A stretch of 53,652 nt of DNA from a virus (taxonomy: Duplodnaviria; Caudoviricetes). A program made the translations under genes and the position numbers. The stretch spans positions 1 to 53,652 of the IMG/VR virus record IMGVR_UViG_3300020044_005691, one strand, 5' to 3'. Position 1 is the first letter of the stretch; each line of letters begins with the position of its first letter. Shown piece after piece: positions 53,247 through 53,652 of the stretch. The notes beneath the pieces were generated by a model. It did no database searches. It was not told the origin of the DNA and saw only the letters and a list, made by a program, of their open reading frames with translations.

Positions 53247-53399
53247 ATGAAGACTACTATCTTCGGACTGCTCACCGCAGCCGCTTACGCGATTCAGAAT
53301 TCTGTTCAAGCTGGCAACTCGTTGCTTGACTGGAAGAGCTGGATCGTTCCTGTTGGACTCTCTCTGTTAGGCTATCACGCCCGCGACGTTAAGAAGTAA
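53247..53399 (+). CDS. Putative holin (50 aa)
   Basis: MKTTIFGLLTAAAYAIQNSVQAGNSLLDWKSWIVPVGLSLLGYHARDVKK: two hydrophobic segments with KTT..G / G..ARD pattern; TAATG-coupled to the endolysin. Confidence 0.65.
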   Translation: MKTTIFGLLTAAAYAIQNSVQAGNSLLDWKSWIVPVGLSLLGYHARDVKK

Positions 53400-53652
53400 T
53401 GAACCACGACGAAATTGTCGCTATCCAGAAGAAGATCGGCGTTGTTGCCGACGGATTCTTCGGCCCTAAAAGCATTGCTGCGGCAAAGCGACATCTTCGT
53501 GAACTCATGCCGAACGTAGTGCAGTGGCCAGCTACAGACCAGAAAAGTCTGACAGCATTCTATGGCGCGGCTGGCGATGAGTCAAAACTTGTCAATCTTC
53601 CAGTTACTGGATTAGGAGTTGAGTATGGAGGACAAGCCGTCAAAACAATCAG
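53399..53652 (+). CDS. Endolysin, N-terminal part (peptidoglycan-binding domain), 3'-truncated
   Basis: 'IQKKIGVVADGFFGPKS' PG-binding motif, then 'FYGAAG', which typically precedes M15 peptidase domains; the catalytic part lies outside the window. Confidence 0.7.
   Translation, partial: MNHDEIVAIQKKIGVVADGFFGPKSIAAAKRHLRELMPNVVQWPATDQKSLTAFYGAAGDESKLVNLPVTGLGVEYGGQAVKTI

Noticed and set aside
1-53652. DGR, retron, integrase or introns/inteins
   Set aside because: No reverse transcriptase or recombinase motifs seen; polymerase, terminase and helicase are uninterrupted and of ordinary length.

Overview
This window is a 53.6-kb piece of a tailed dsDNA phage genome (Caudoviricetes, probably podovirus-like, standard genetic code), cut inside genes at both ends. 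From left to right: the end of a tail/neck module (+, 1-4.6 kb); a leftward replication module (primase-helicase, family A DNA polymerase, putative SSB, Cas4-like/DUF2800 nuclease, DUF5664, SF2 helicase, RuvC-like resolvase, DnaA-C-like HTH) that ends in an HTH protein (probable TerS) lying divergent from TerL; TerL followed by three putative ejected core proteins, one of them a 3741-aa polyvalent protein; a ~650-nt leftward RNA cluster (one canonical tRNA-Thr(UGU), two aberrant tRNA-like folds, other structured units); a long leftward early/accessory region (RNA ligase, HNH, DUF2201/vWA-DUF3150-MoxR AAA triad, acidic possible DNA mimic, HhH-like protein); a GC-rich divergent non-coding hub (~43.0-44.2 kb); then portal, scaffold, major capsid, small proteins and the start of a holin/endolysin pair. 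I see no integrase, RNA polymerase, reverse transcriptase or cas operon. The most unusual signals are non-coding: (i) a ~105-bp element with a 33-bp perfect palindrome fused to a -35 box, present in 4 near-identical copies; (ii) a 13-bp dyad TAATAC-S-GTATTA found 8 times in the early region, either inside hairpins with unrelated outer arms or overlapping start codons; (iii) the tRNA-like RNA cluster; (iv) a duplicated structured motif in the capsid leader; (v) a (TCAC)11 tract in a 5' UTR. All protein-family calls come from recognising motifs by eye; no database search was run.
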